A DNA stretch of 64,000 bases from a virus: positions 9,568 through 73,567 of IMG/VR virus record IMGVR_UViG_3300048834_000258; one strand, 5' to 3'. Below, one piece after another: positions 20,621-29,945 of this stretch. The position numbers were made by a program, and so were the translations under genes. The notes below the pieces were generated by a model, which was not told where the DNA came from, ran no database searches, and saw nothing but the letters and a program-made list of their open reading frames with translations. The first letter of the stretch is position 1. The number at the start of each line of letters is the position of its first letter.

Positions 20621-21127
20621 TTAGCTGTTGACCTTCCCTTCCACGGAAGGAAACTTCTCCAAGATGCGAGCGAATAGGGAGGGTGGCGGGGGCGCAAAGG
20701 TGGTAGCGGTCGGAACCGAAGGTTCTTCGATGTCCGCAGCCGTAGGCTGGTCGTGTTCGATGTATTCGTCCAGGATACCGAAGTCTTCGGGGAGTGGGTA
20801 GTTGCCGAAGATGCCAGCTTCTGCGAGTTCCCCCAGGTGGCCGCGCAAGTAGAGGAAATAGACGAGTATGTTTAGGTTGGCAGCACAATGGCCAATATGT
20901 TCGGCTGCTTTTTCTGGCTCTTCGATGAGGCCGTAGAGGTGTTCAAGCGCGTGGGTATAGCAGCTTTTGATGAACTCCGGGCCACCGGAACGGTAGTTGT
21001 ACTCGCCCTTAGATTTACGACCCTCGGTCATCGCTTCGGCAACAAGCCGATTGAATTGAGGGTTGACCAGATGATAGTCAGGCTTAGCCTCAGAACGAGC
21101 GGCTCCGCCTTCGTATGAAACGGACAT
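20621..21127 (-). CDS. dATP/dGTP diphosphohydrolase N-terminal domain-like protein (DUF5664)
   Basis: KPDYHLV...VAEAMTEG..K.GEYNY...HALEHL...HIGHCAAN pattern; RBS GAAGGAG before ATG 21127. Confidence 0.7.
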   Translation of the reverse strand: MSVSYEGGAARSEAKPDYHLVNPQFNRLVAEAMTEGRKSKGEYNYRSGGPEFIKSCYTHALEHLYGLIEEPEKAAEHIGHCAANLNILVYFLYLRGHLGELAEAGIFGNYPLPEDFGILDEYIEHDQPTAADIEEPSVPTATTFAPPPPSLFARILEKFPSVEGKVNS

Positions 21128-21153
21128 GGTGTCTCCTTCTGTAGCCCTCCGGG

Positions 21154-21954
21154 CTACGGTGTGTAGATTTTGCCGTTGAGCGCGAAGCGTTCGGCGTGCA
21201 TGATTACAGGGTAAATGCTGAAGGTGCCGTCGGTCAATAGGTAGCCGTAGGCAAAGCCGTGGGACCACTCATTGTTTTGGCGTTTTGAGTAGTGGGGGTT
21301 CAGATCACAAAGACCGGGGATGCTCCATCCGATGAGTGTTTCGTTTTTGTCGAGGGGCTTTTTGCGCGAATGCGCTTGGAAGGTGTGACGGTGACCATAT
21401 ACGATGTTGCGCATATAGTCGCGGGTTGCGGCGGCTGCGTGGTATTGGCCGTTGGCGATAGTGTCGCCGTGGCCGAAGAAGAGCTTGCCGAGTTGGTGGA
21501 AGTACCCTTGTTCAACTATCTTGAAGGATTGTGCAGATAGCTGAAGCAGCCCATCCAAAGATAGGATGTCATCCAGACAGGGGTACTTGTCGAGGAACTG
21601 CTGAAGCCAGTTTTCGTGGTTGCCGATAATGAATACACGCTCGGCAGCGATAGCCGCCATGGGTGCGATGACTTGCTCTTGTGCTTTGTTCAAATCGTCG
21701 CGCAGCGACGTGCGAGACACCTCAGCGGCGCGGTCTTTGTTCCAGTGGGAAATGGGTGCCCAATCAAGGAGGTCGCCGCCATGAATCCAGACATCGGGGC
21801 GGAAGTCTTCGGCGAAGTTGCGGACGCAGCGGATAGCCCGTTCGTTGTGGGTCTTTTTGTTGATGTATTTGCCCGCTTTGTGTTCGACCCAGGTGCCGAT
21901 GTGAGTGTCTGTCCAGAAGAGGAAGCGTTTGGCGATTTCGACGTGTTTAGGCAT
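21154..21954 (-). CDS. Calcineurin-like metallophosphoesterase
   Basis: DTH, GDLLD, GNHE, HGD and GHRH motifs. Confidence 0.9.
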   Translation of the reverse strand: MPKHVEIAKRFLFWTDTHIGTWVEHKAGKYINKKTHNERAIRCVRNFAEDFRPDVWIHGGDLLDWAPISHWNKDRAAEVSRTSLRDDLNKAQEQVIAPMAAIAAERVFIIGNHENWLQQFLDKYPCLDDILSLDGLLQLSAQSFKIVEQGYFHQLGKLFFGHGDTIANGQYHAAAATRDYMRNIVYGHRHTFQAHSRKKPLDKNETLIGWSIPGLCDLNPHYSKRQNNEWSHGFAYGYLLTDGTFSIYPVIMHAERFALNGKIYTP

Positions 21955-22216
21955 TGAACTCAACCCTCGCTTGGTAGAGACGGTTGGCGGTTGCTAAGCA
22001 AATCCAGGCGGCTTCGGCGAGAGTTAAGTGTTCTTGTTCGGTGAATTGGTGGAAGCTGTCGAGTAGAGCTTCGACGGCGGGCAAGTATTTCGTTTCGAGT
22101 TTAGAAGGATCTATGTCTTGAGAATCCTCCCGGAGCATTACGAGAGAAGCCGTGCGAAGCGCATTGGCTACGTCTTTGGCTGTGGTGCGCTCTTCAACCT
22201 TTGGTTTTCTCGCCAA
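21947..22216 (-). CDS. Hypothetical protein
   Basis: TTG start with AGGAGG RBS and TTGACG-17-TACAAT promoter upstream. Confidence 0.6.
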   Translation of the reverse strand: MARKPKVEERTTAKDVANALRTASLVMLREDSQDIDPSKLETKYLPAVEALLDSFHQFTEQEHLTLAEAAWICLATANRLYQARVEFNA

Positions 22217-22269
22217 ACAGCTATCCTCCTACAATTATTGTAACAGTTTCAAGAGGTTGGCGTCAAGAG

Positions 22270-24264
22270 TTAAATTAGTTCCATGGTGCCCCAGTTAGGG
22301 CCGCGCTTTAGTTCGGATGCGCAATAGAAGTCGGGGTAAATGTCCGTTTCGGTTGTCATGAGGTTCATGAACTCCCGGCATTCGTCTAGCGTCCAGACGA
22401 GGGGAACTTCAAAGATAAGCTCGTCGTGGATTTGCATTAGAGGCACAGCACCATAGGTACTGTAGTATTTGCGCATAATACCTTGGCAGTGGTCGCCGCC
22501 GTAGCCTTGACCGATAGCTGCCGCAGCTTTCTTGAGGTTGTCGTTGGGGTCTTTGTAGAGATTGAGAAAGTAGCCATTTGCGCGGGTAATACGCTCAGTA
22601 GTTTCAACCTCTCTACCGATTTTCTGCTGCCAGTCTAAGACCTTCGGAAAGTGATGAAGGTAGCCAAGTTGAATCTCTACCGCTTGACGACGATGTTCGA
22701 TAGTGTCATCGCCAAAGAGTAGGAAGGCCAGCTTCTTTCCACTGAGGCACATTTGGAGACCGCAGTATTGCCAGTCTTCAAAAATGTGCAGAGCGCCTTG
22801 ATCGAGCAGTTGGCGGTTGAAACCAGTGCGTAGGTCGCCGGGGCGGTAGCCGTGATATCCAAGCAAATAGTTGGTGCCTAATACCACAATCTTCGAGATA
22901 TCGCGAGGTTTGCAGTTTCGGTCTTTAGCGGGTCTTGCGAACAGTTCACCCACAGTATCAGTGATTAAGGTGTAGCCATCGTATTTTAATTCTTCGAGAT
23001 ACCCCGCCTCTTTCAAAACAATGCGAAGTTCGAGCTGGCTAAAATCCCCACGAAGTAGTACATAATCTTCTCTGGAAGGGACGACTACGCGGCGCACAGC
23101 CGACATGCCGCCTTTCTTAGGGACGTTCTGAAAGTTGGGCGAAGCACAACTGAGGCGACCCGTCGAGGTACTCGCGACGATGAAGCGCGGGTGGACTTTG
23201 TTGGCGCGGTCGAGATATTTTTCATCGACCCAAGACTTGATACCCTTGCCTGCCTGCTTCCAGTCGTACAAATTTTTGAGGTGCCGGAGAAGCTCGGGAG
23301 CCGATTCGTCTACGTCTTCGAGGCGGTAGCCGTATTCGTCAGCTACGCTGCGCAGCGTAGAAAGCACGTTGTCCTTAGAGGCGCTCTCCATTTCGATGCC
23401 GGAGGCGGAGAAGAAAGCAGTCACTTGCTTTGGCGAGCCGGGATTGAAGGGGAGGTCAGCAGCAGTACGGTCGCGCTTTTCTTTGATTTCGGCGGCAATC
23501 TCCGCCGCAGTCTCCATGTTGAGTTGGATGCCCCGGTCTTGCATCTTCTCGGCAATCTCGGCCATCTCCGCTTTGTGCCAATACGCCAGCTTGGAGGGGA
23601 ACTGTTTTTCGTACTGGCGCTTCATTTCGTACCAAGCCACCAAGGGTGCCCAGCTATCGACGGCATTGTACCCCCAAACGTCGCATTTCGGGCAAGGCCC
23701 TGTACAGAACTTGCCTCGACACTCTTTGTAGTTGGGGATAAGCAAGTAGTGAGCGGAGCACGAAAACAGATCGAAAAGTCCGATAGATCCGCTTTCGCCA
23801 GTGGATTCACCACTTTCCGAGCGGTCTTCAGTTTTGGCGTAGTGCTGATGTAGGATGTAGAAGTAGAGAAGAGTATCCTCCCAGCGGTGGAGGTCTGTCT
23901 TGAAGCCGAGAACGGCTTCAGTCACAGGCTTGTCAGCGGACACTACTGCGTGGCCTACGAGCGGTAGTCCGCTGTCCCATATCTCTTCTACGAGCTTCTG
24001 CTCGTGCGGCAGCGATGCGGCGCTTCTCTTAGAGGCAATGCCTACGATAGTGGGCCGCAGGCCCGTAAACTCCAAGTCGTAGCCGAGAGCGCCTTCCTCT
24101 TGTGCTTCGCGCAGGGTGCGCGAAAAGCCCGCGTAATCGCGGTAGATGGGCGGAAAGAAGCCCTCCCCCAAAGGGGGACCGTCGTCGCCGAGAAGTGTAA
24201 GCTGCATTGGCCGCGAGCCGAGCAGGTTTGCGAACAGTTCGCCTTTTGCTTTTCTACTTGCCAT
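22270..24264 (-). CDS. polA: Family A DNA polymerase with 3'-5' exonuclease domain
   Basis: ExoI YDLE, ExoIII YNAVD, TGRLSCASPNFQNVP, motif A DFSQLELR, motif B RDISKIVVLGTNY, motif C QIHDEL; start codon uncertain (24264 or 24207). Confidence 0.92.
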   Translation of the reverse strand: MASRKAKGELFANLLGSRPMQLTLLGDDGPPLGEGFFPPIYRDYAGFSRTLREAQEEGALGYDLEFTGLRPTIVGIASKRSAASLPHEQKLVEEIWDSGLPLVGHAVVSADKPVTEAVLGFKTDLHRWEDTLLYFYILHQHYAKTEDRSESGESTGESGSIGLFDLFSCSAHYLLIPNYKECRGKFCTGPCPKCDVWGYNAVDSWAPLVAWYEMKRQYEKQFPSKLAYWHKAEMAEIAEKMQDRGIQLNMETAAEIAAEIKEKRDRTAADLPFNPGSPKQVTAFFSASGIEMESASKDNVLSTLRSVADEYGYRLEDVDESAPELLRHLKNLYDWKQAGKGIKSWVDEKYLDRANKVHPRFIVASTSTGRLSCASPNFQNVPKKGGMSAVRRVVVPSREDYVLLRGDFSQLELRIVLKEAGYLEELKYDGYTLITDTVGELFARPAKDRNCKPRDISKIVVLGTNYLLGYHGYRPGDLRTGFNRQLLDQGALHIFEDWQYCGLQMCLSGKKLAFLLFGDDTIEHRRQAVEIQLGYLHHFPKVLDWQQKIGREVETTERITRANGYFLNLYKDPNDNLKKAAAAIGQGYGGDHCQGIMRKYYSTYGAVPLMQIHDELIFEVPLVWTLDECREFMNLMTTETDIYPDFYCASELKRGPNWGTMELI

Positions 24265-24385
24265 AGTGCTCCGCGAAATAGGCAGCGATGGTGCTGATAA
24301 TGACAACAGCGGCGAAGATGGCTGCTAGCGAAAGCAGGTCTTGCCAAAAGTGCCAATCGTAGTCTTCCGGTGGTTTGGGAATCAT
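24254..24385 (-). CDS. 43-aa single-TM peptide
   Basis: MIPKPPEDYDWHFWQDLLSLAAIFAAVVIISTIAAYFAEHYGK; ATGA coupling to the upstream gene; RBS GAGG. Confidence 0.55.
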   Translation of the reverse strand: MIPKPPEDYDWHFWQDLLSLAAIFAAVVIISTIAAYFAEHYGK

Positions 24386-24798
24386 TTAAGCACCTCAAGA
24401 ATTAAACAGTCTTTGCCGTAGTAGATGAGCGTGGGTTTGGGATCTTCTTCGTAATGAATATGGCCCAAGTGATCTTCTGGGGTGGCTTCGATGTATGGAT
24501 GTATCCAGGCAAGGAAGCGTTCAATCTCTCGGTCGTAGTTCTTTAGATCGCAGCGAGTGGTGAGACAATACCCCGAGTCAATAGAGTTTCGCTTAAAATC
24601 CCGAACAAATCGAGGGACGAAATAGTAAGAACTGGAGTTTCCTATATGGTCCCAACGCTCGGTCACGAAGTATGGATGAAAAGGTAGCAGTTTAGGCTCC
24701 TGCCCTTCATCGAATAAATACTGAAGCACTGCCAGAACCTCCCCCGGCAAATCCTTCTTGAGGGTGCAGCAGAGATACAGTTCGGTGTACATTCCCAT
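24382..24798 (-). CDS. Conserved hypothetical phage protein
   Basis: MGMYTEL...RW...SSYYF...LKNYDREIERFLAWI motif set; RBS AGGAGG. Confidence 0.7.
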   Translation of the reverse strand: MGMYTELYLCCTLKKDLPGEVLAVLQYLFDEGQEPKLLPFHPYFVTERWDHIGNSSSYYFVPRFVRDFKRNSIDSGYCLTTRCDLKNYDREIERFLAWIHPYIEATPEDHLGHIHYEEDPKPTLIYYGKDCLILEVLK

Positions 24799-24814
24799 AG
24801 AAACCTCCTACGTC

Positions 24815-25381
24815 CTATGGACGCCAATGGAACTTAGTATCGATGTGGAGCTTCCAGGAGGACAAGCCCCCCTTGAGTTGCGGGTCGAGGAACTCCAGAA
24901 CTTCTTTGCCGTAAGCGACTAAGGGGCGATAGCCCCGGTCAGCCAGTTGTTGAGCTTTGCTCGCCGCCAACTCGTTGATGCACTGCATCGGAGGGGAGCC
25001 GAAAGCTCCCTCCAGGTCGTAGGTGTAGACGACGGCGTTCGGCCTCCAAGCCCGCAGGGCTTGGTCGTACTGGCGGCATAGGGTGAGCGCGTGCTGTGCG
25101 TTCGTCTTTGGAAGCGTGCCCTTGGCACTGTGCGCAAAGTAGCAGCGAATGAGGTACGCTACTAAGATGTCGTCTTTGGCAAAGCCAAGTTTGTTATAGG
25201 TCCGTAGGACCGAGTACATAGAGTCGGCATCCCAAGGGTCGCCAGTGACGGCGCTTTCGCGCCCAGGGCGATACAACAGCACACCTACTTTAGGTGCCGA
25301 AGGCACCAAGTCAGCGCAGAAGCCTACCGTAGGTAGGTGATAGAGACGGCAACTTGAGCAAGTGTCCGGCTTGCGGTTCAT
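24815..25381 (-). CDS. Degenerate uracil-DNA glycosylase (family 4)-like protein
   Basis: CSSCRL, ..PGRE...G.P and YLIRC...C pattern; canonical GEAPG replaced by LYRPG. Confidence 0.55.
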   Translation of the reverse strand: MNRKPDTCSSCRLYHLPTVGFCADLVPSAPKVGVLLYRPGRESAVTGDPWDADSMYSVLRTYNKLGFAKDDILVAYLIRCYFAHSAKGTLPKTNAQHALTLCRQYDQALRAWRPNAVVYTYDLEGAFGSPPMQCINELAASKAQQLADRGYRPLVAYGKEVLEFLDPQLKGGLSSWKLHIDTKFHWRP

Positions 25382-25596
25382 TAGACCCAGACCACCTTTT
25401 CCAAATCTTCGGAATAGGCTGGGTGATGCAGAGGAATGAGATTTCCGTGTGCGCAGCGTTCGACCGACAGCACGGAATGTTCGTACTCAATCTCTCCGCC
25501 TTTGTCAGGAAATGGTACACATTCCACCACTACAGGCAAATCGCCGTGCAGTTCTCGCAGATGCTCTAACCGTTTGATGTATTGTGAAATTGTCAT
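25381..25596 (-). CDS. Small hypothetical protein (HGDLPV family)
   Basis: RBS AGGAG; paralog of the adjacent gene. Confidence 0.6.
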   Translation of the reverse strand: MTISQYIKRLEHLRELHGDLPVVVECVPFPDKGGEIEYEHSVLSVERCAHGNLIPLHHPAYSEDLEKVVWV

Positions 25597-25606
25597 GTGA
25601 AGCTCC

Positions 25607-25813
25607 TTAGCGTAGTTCGAGATAGGGACCGTAGAAAGGTTTTTCATCCTCGGGCACAGGCCCATAGGTGTGAAGACGTTCTCGTAGGTTGCGTTGAACT
25701 ACCAAAGCCTCCGAGACCTCCTCGAAACCATCTTCCTGCCATAAGATGACAGGAAGATCTCCGTGCTCAACAATCTGAGCAGCAATCTCCTGAATGAGTT
25801 CTGATGCTTTCAT
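25607..25813 (-). CDS. Small hypothetical protein (HGDLPV family)
   Basis: RBS GAGGAG; promoter TTGATT-17-TATACT upstream. Confidence 0.6.
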   Translation of the reverse strand: MKASELIQEIAAQIVEHGDLPVILWQEDGFEEVSEALVVQRNLRERLHTYGPVPEDEKPFYGPYLELR

Positions 25814-25861
25814 GTGAAGCTCCTCTAAGTCAGTATACCGCGATTTGCGAAGCAAATCAAC

Positions 25862-25891
25862 AAAAAACAGGGGCGAGCCGAAGCCCGCCCC
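25862..25891 (-). terminator. Intrinsic terminator
   Basis: Minus strand GGGGCGGGC TTCG GCTCGCCCC TGTTTTTT. Confidence 0.75.
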
Positions 25892-25923
25892 TTAGTTAGG
25901 AGGTTGCCTATTGCATGGCTTAC

Positions 25924-26613
25924 TTAGAGGACTTCTCCCACGCGGTCGGGGGTGAAGGTCACTTCGGCGTCGTCTTCGTCCAACTTGTCGTAGGAGTTGA
26001 TTTCGCCCGCCGCAAAACGAGTGGCCTGTTTCTCGGCGCGTTTCAGGAAGGACTCGAAGGTCTTCGTCATCTTGGCTTCGTCGCCGAAGGGAATGAAGGT
26101 GAAGTTCGCGATTTCGCGATACTGGCCGCGAACCTTGATCCATTCGCCGTCACCGTCGCGCTCGTTCTTGCGCTGCTGTGCGGTGATGTAGAGGAAGGGC
26201 AGGGGCCGCTTCGTTTCGTCTTCTTCACCCTGGGCGAACACGGAACGAAGAACCGCGACCAACTCTTCGGGAGTGTACTCGGCCATTTCGCCGAGGGCGG
26301 CAAGATAGTCGTCGGCGCGTTCAAACGAACCGGCTACGCCCATCAGAAGACCGGGGCGGTCCACCGAGCCGAGGTTGCGCTGGTATTCGTACTTGTCGCG
26401 CTTTTCGAGCGTGTTGCAGTTGAAGGTATTGGGGCACCACTCGGGCTGAATGGTGATGTATGTGTTGAAGTCGGGGGAACCGGCGAGGCCCTTGATCTTG
26501 ACCTTTACGCCTAGAGCACCGTCGGTGCTGCGCACCTTCCCTACTTCAAATCCGGCGAGGACGCCCAGGTTGAACTGCTGCGGCATGGGCCGCGCTTGCA
26601 ATGGTTTTGCCAT
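25924..26613 (-). CDS. Putative single-stranded DNA-binding protein
   Basis: Position in the recombination cluster, strong codon bias, acidic C-terminus, followed by a terminator. Confidence 0.4.
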   Translation of the reverse strand: MAKPLQARPMPQQFNLGVLAGFEVGKVRSTDGALGVKVKIKGLAGSPDFNTYITIQPEWCPNTFNCNTLEKRDKYEYQRNLGSVDRPGLLMGVAGSFERADDYLAALGEMAEYTPEELVAVLRSVFAQGEEDETKRPLPFLYITAQQRKNERDGDGEWIKVRGQYREIANFTFIPFGDEAKMTKTFESFLKRAEKQATRFAAGEINSYDKLDEDDAEVTFTPDRVGEVL

Positions 26614-26626
26614 GTGATGTTTCTCC

Positions 26627-27013
26627 TTAGTGGATCAATTTCGTCTGAGGCGGAGCCTCTTCAGAAGTACCCCGAACGGGGTACACGAACTGCGGCGAAG
26701 CCGAGAACGAAGTGCCCGGTAGGGCCAGCGGCGTGTGGTTGTCCACGAGCGCCTCTTCGTAGCCAGCTTGCTTTCGCATCTCGGGCAAAGCTGCCCTATA
26801 TGAGTCTACCGCAAGTTGATAGTTTTTGTCAACAACTTCCTCGCCAAATTGTACGAGGAGAGATGCTCGAAGTGAAGAGACGATAGCGGACACCGCTGCT
26901 GGCGGATAAGGGCACAGCATGATGTTAACCGCTTCGTGCAACTTCAAAAGAATGAGTTCGACCTTTTGAGCTTCGCTCAAATCGCCAAAGTTTACTTGTT
27001 GATTTTCTTCCAC
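26627..27013 (-). CDS. Hypothetical protein
   Basis: ORF with RBS GGAGG coupled within the operon. Confidence 0.55.
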   Translation of the reverse strand: MEENQQVNFGDLSEAQKVELILLKLHEAVNIMLCPYPPAAVSAIVSSLRASLLVQFGEEVVDKNYQLAVDSYRAALPEMRKQAGYEEALVDNHTPLALPGTSFSASPQFVYPVRGTSEEAPPQTKLIH

Positions 27014-27858
27014 AGGGCCTCCATGTCGGCTGGTTCAGTTGGCTGCAAGTCATTGCCACGCTGCTTGCTGACGCAATCAGGGGAGGCAATGACGTATTCG
27101 TAGGTGAGTTCTTTCTTTCCGATGGGATACTTGCGCACCGAGCGGAAAACGAAGTCGAAGTAGCCTGCAACTTGGTTGCGAGTAGCACCTACCAGTGCGG
27201 GGCGATAGACCGTATCGGCCTGTTTGACTTCGCGCCCCGGCTGCGGAGCCGCAGGCTCGTACTCCCAAGCGTTGACGTAGTAGTGCAGCGGCTTCGCCGC
27301 TGTCGCCTGCAAGTGCAGGAAGTCGTCCAGGACGCGCTTGGAAACACGTCCGATGGCGTCCCAGTCTTTCTCGCCAGCTACGAGACCCTCTTCGCGCATC
27401 TGGCCTCCAGCCTTGTCTACCTTGCCTGCGTAGTCCTTGGAAAGGACGTACTCGTCAATGTAGTTGGTCTGGAAGTTGGAGAGGCCGTCCCAGGCGAGGA
27501 GGTCGGGGTCGAAATCGGCCATCGTTTTGCCGTCGCCAAGCGCAAGCTCCGCGAACCCCTCCACAAAGGCTTTCACTTCCTGGTAAGTGGCGAGGTCGAA
27601 GAAAACGAGGTTATCGAGAAGCTCGGGCTTGCCCTCGGCAAGCAGGTCAGCACGGACGGTGCGAAGCCCATGGCCTCCGGCTTCCGTCGAGAGGACCGCT
27701 ACCTTTAGGCCCGCTTTGAGAAAGCCCGTAAGGGCTTTCGTCTTTCCGGTGCCTGAGGCTCCGTACATGAAGATTTTCTGTTGCTGCGGTTCTTCGTCCG
27801 TCAGCTTGCGAGGCCGCAAGACGGGTGCGTCTTTCGGCTTGAAGTTGAGAAGACTCAT
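26992..27858 (-). CDS. AAA ATPase (Sak4/AAA_24-like)
   Basis: MYGASGTGKT, STEAG, AWDGLS, AWE and YFDFV motifs; ATG at 27858. Confidence 0.8.
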   Translation of the reverse strand: MSLLNFKPKDAPVLRPRKLTDEEPQQQKIFMYGASGTGKTKALTGFLKAGLKVAVLSTEAGGHGLRTVRADLLAEGKPELLDNLVFFDLATYQEVKAFVEGFAELALGDGKTMADFDPDLLAWDGLSNFQTNYIDEYVLSKDYAGKVDKAGGQMREEGLVAGEKDWDAIGRVSKRVLDDFLHLQATAAKPLHYYVNAWEYEPAAPQPGREVKQADTVYRPALVGATRNQVAGYFDFVFRSVRKYPIGKKELTYEYVIASPDCVSKQRGNDLQPTEPADMEALWKKINK

Positions 27859-28694
27859 AGAGTAAGTTCCTTTCCAGTGTTGAAGCCGGTGGCGATTTGC
27901 CAATCGCGAATCTGCATATAGGCGGCAGCGATAGCGGCGTGAGCCGCTTTGCCGACCTGAAGTGCCATCCCGTCTTCCTCGGTCCCCGTCAATTTTGAGA
28001 GGCGAAGCCTCTCCGGGCAAAGGGCGAATTTGTCGAGGGTTGAATGCGACAGGTGCTCTAATTTTAGCACACCAGCGGGGGTGCCAGTCGAAAGGCACCC
28101 TGTCATAAAGGGACAGTCGCGCCCAAAAGCGCCGCAGCCTGAGGGGCGGTATTCCGGCCAGCGTTCCGCGTCTCGGAGAGATTCCAATTGCGCGGCACTC
28201 TGCCGCAGGTAAAGAGGTACCTTACCTAGTTGGTAGTTCCAGTAAGAGGATGCCGACGTAAGAGCGACTTGGCGCGGTTTGCCGCTCCCGGCACGCGGAA
28301 TGCCGCGATAGAGGAACTTGACATTCAGTTTGGGGAATCGTTGCTGGATGAAGTAGCTGTAGAGCCGCCACTGCCAGCTATCCACTATCTTAGACTCCCA
28401 GCGTTTGTCGGGATTCGTTGTGATCTTCCAGTCAACGATGATTACCTGGGAAGGGTTGTACGCGATCAGGTCGGCGACCCACTTGAACTTGTAGGGCCAG
28501 AAGTCGAGCGTTTCTTCGAACTCCTGTTCGACGCCTACGATGCGGAACCCGTCTGCGTCCGCCGAGGCGCATGCCTCTAAAGCACACATAGCAGAAGCTG
28601 CCGCGCTGTCGGTGTAATAGTCGGGAAGGTCGCAGTCGAGGATTGCTTGGTTGAGGGGGTCGGAGTTAAGGTCGTTAAGGCGAAACTTAGCCAT
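27855..28694 (-). CDS. PD-(D/E)XK (Cas4/RecB-like) exonuclease
   Basis: VEQEF, ADLI, IVDWK, QWRLY, C...CPF...C; the HLSHS...CP...GKAAH motif that is normally N-terminal lies at the C-terminus. Confidence 0.8.
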   Translation of the reverse strand: MAKFRLNDLNSDPLNQAILDCDLPDYYTDSAAASAMCALEACASADADGFRIVGVEQEFEETLDFWPYKFKWVADLIAYNPSQVIIVDWKITTNPDKRWESKIVDSWQWRLYSYFIQQRFPKLNVKFLYRGIPRAGSGKPRQVALTSASSYWNYQLGKVPLYLRQSAAQLESLRDAERWPEYRPSGCGAFGRDCPFMTGCLSTGTPAGVLKLEHLSHSTLDKFALCPERLRLSKLTGTEEDGMALQVGKAAHAAIAAAYMQIRDWQIATGFNTGKELTL

Positions 28695-28984
28695 TAAGCC
28701 TCCCCTTCTTCGAAGTGGTCATTGTGCGGAGATCCAAAGGATCTCGCTTGAACAAGAGTACGTCCTCCGGGCGCGAGGCTAAAGCCTCCACGTTCAAAGC
28801 GTTCCACTTCTGAGAGAGCGCAGCGTATGAGCGAGGTTTCCTCGGCGCTAGCCGTGCCGCTGTAACGATCCTCCCACCCTCGGGCCGCGAAGTGCTCGTC
28901 CAGCTTCTCCGCTAACGATTTGCGGTTGGGGTTTTGGTTGCGTTGGGCAACGTAGTAGCGTTTGCGTGTTGCATCAATCTGCAT
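28694..28984 (-). CDS. Hypothetical protein
   Basis: RBS AAGGAG; TAATG coupling. Confidence 0.55.
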   Translation of the reverse strand: MQIDATRKRYYVAQRNQNPNRKSLAEKLDEHFAARGWEDRYSGTASAEETSLIRCALSEVERFERGGFSLAPGGRTLVQARSFGSPHNDHFEEGEA

Positions 28985-29007
28985 TTAAGTATTCTCCTTT
29001 CTTGACG

Positions 29008-29943
29008 CTATTTTAGCGCCTTGCCCTCGTTGTCCGTGATGCCATAGCCGTGGCACTTGTCGCACACCCGAAGCGGCTCTCCCAGTTTTGCAAGAATGCC
29101 GTCCAGAAACGCCTGCACCTTGGATTCAAGGTCGTCGGCATTCTGCCCAGTGATGGTTTCCGGCTGTGGGTGCCCTTGGCGGTATTGTGCGGTTCCGTAA
29201 TTTACGATGTTACCCAAGGACAACTCACGAAGCGGCTCCCGCCACGACCTGACGCGCTTACTACGACCGCGCCCCTCTTCGCGTGTGAAGTTTTGCATCT
29301 CTTCATGAATGACGGGGATGGTCTTTTTGATTTCCAGAAAGGTAGTTGCGCTGCTTCCCGAAAAGATGCCGGAACTCAGCGAGCACCCCGCTGGAATGCG
29401 CGGGACCACATAATCCCAGATGACCTTGTAGAGATCATCACCGCCTAAGTAGCATGGGTACTTGTGCCAAGATACTGGGTTGTATTCCAAACCGAAAGGA
29501 AGCTGCATTTTAGTGCCTGCATACTTCGGGGTGCGCGGTTCGCAGTCGTCATCCACGAGGCGCAAGTCGTACTCAATAGGCACCCACGTTCCGGGGATTT
29601 TGGTTGAGTCCGTGTCGTAGAACTGCTGCATTCCTCCCGGCCATTCCTCATCGGGCCAACCGCCCCATCGGGCTGGGGCCACCTCGGCAGGCAACGTCGG
29701 AGACGGCACAAGTTCGGGCTTCAACACAAAGCGGTGAACGTCCTCGCGCGGTGGTTGCCATTTCGCAATTTCTTTGACTGGCCATTCAGCCTTGTACCAG
29801 TCCTTGCCATAGTTGCAGGATTTCGCTTCGGTACCGTTGACCGACCACGGCCCGCTGATGGTACGCGGGTACTCTCCCGACGAGATACCGCAAAAATACA
29901 CCACGCCAGCTTTTTTCACTGCATTGAATGTTGTAGGATTCAT
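29008..29943 (-). CDS. Hypothetical protein with C-terminal Zn motif
   Basis: 311 aa; VCDKCHGYG. Confidence 0.7.
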   Translation of the reverse strand: MNPTTFNAVKKAGVVYFCGISSGEYPRTISGPWSVNGTEAKSCNYGKDWYKAEWPVKEIAKWQPPREDVHRFVLKPELVPSPTLPAEVAPARWGGWPDEEWPGGMQQFYDTDSTKIPGTWVPIEYDLRLVDDDCEPRTPKYAGTKMQLPFGLEYNPVSWHKYPCYLGGDDLYKVIWDYVVPRIPAGCSLSSGIFSGSSATTFLEIKKTIPVIHEEMQNFTREEGRGRSKRVRSWREPLRELSLGNIVNYGTAQYRQGHPQPETITGQNADDLESKVQAFLDGILAKLGEPLRVCDKCHGYGITDNEGKALK

Positions 29944-29945
29944 CG

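Noticed and set aside
27855-28694. Cas4 as part of a CRISPR-Cas locus
   Set aside because: No other cas genes or arrays; the context is a phage recombination cluster
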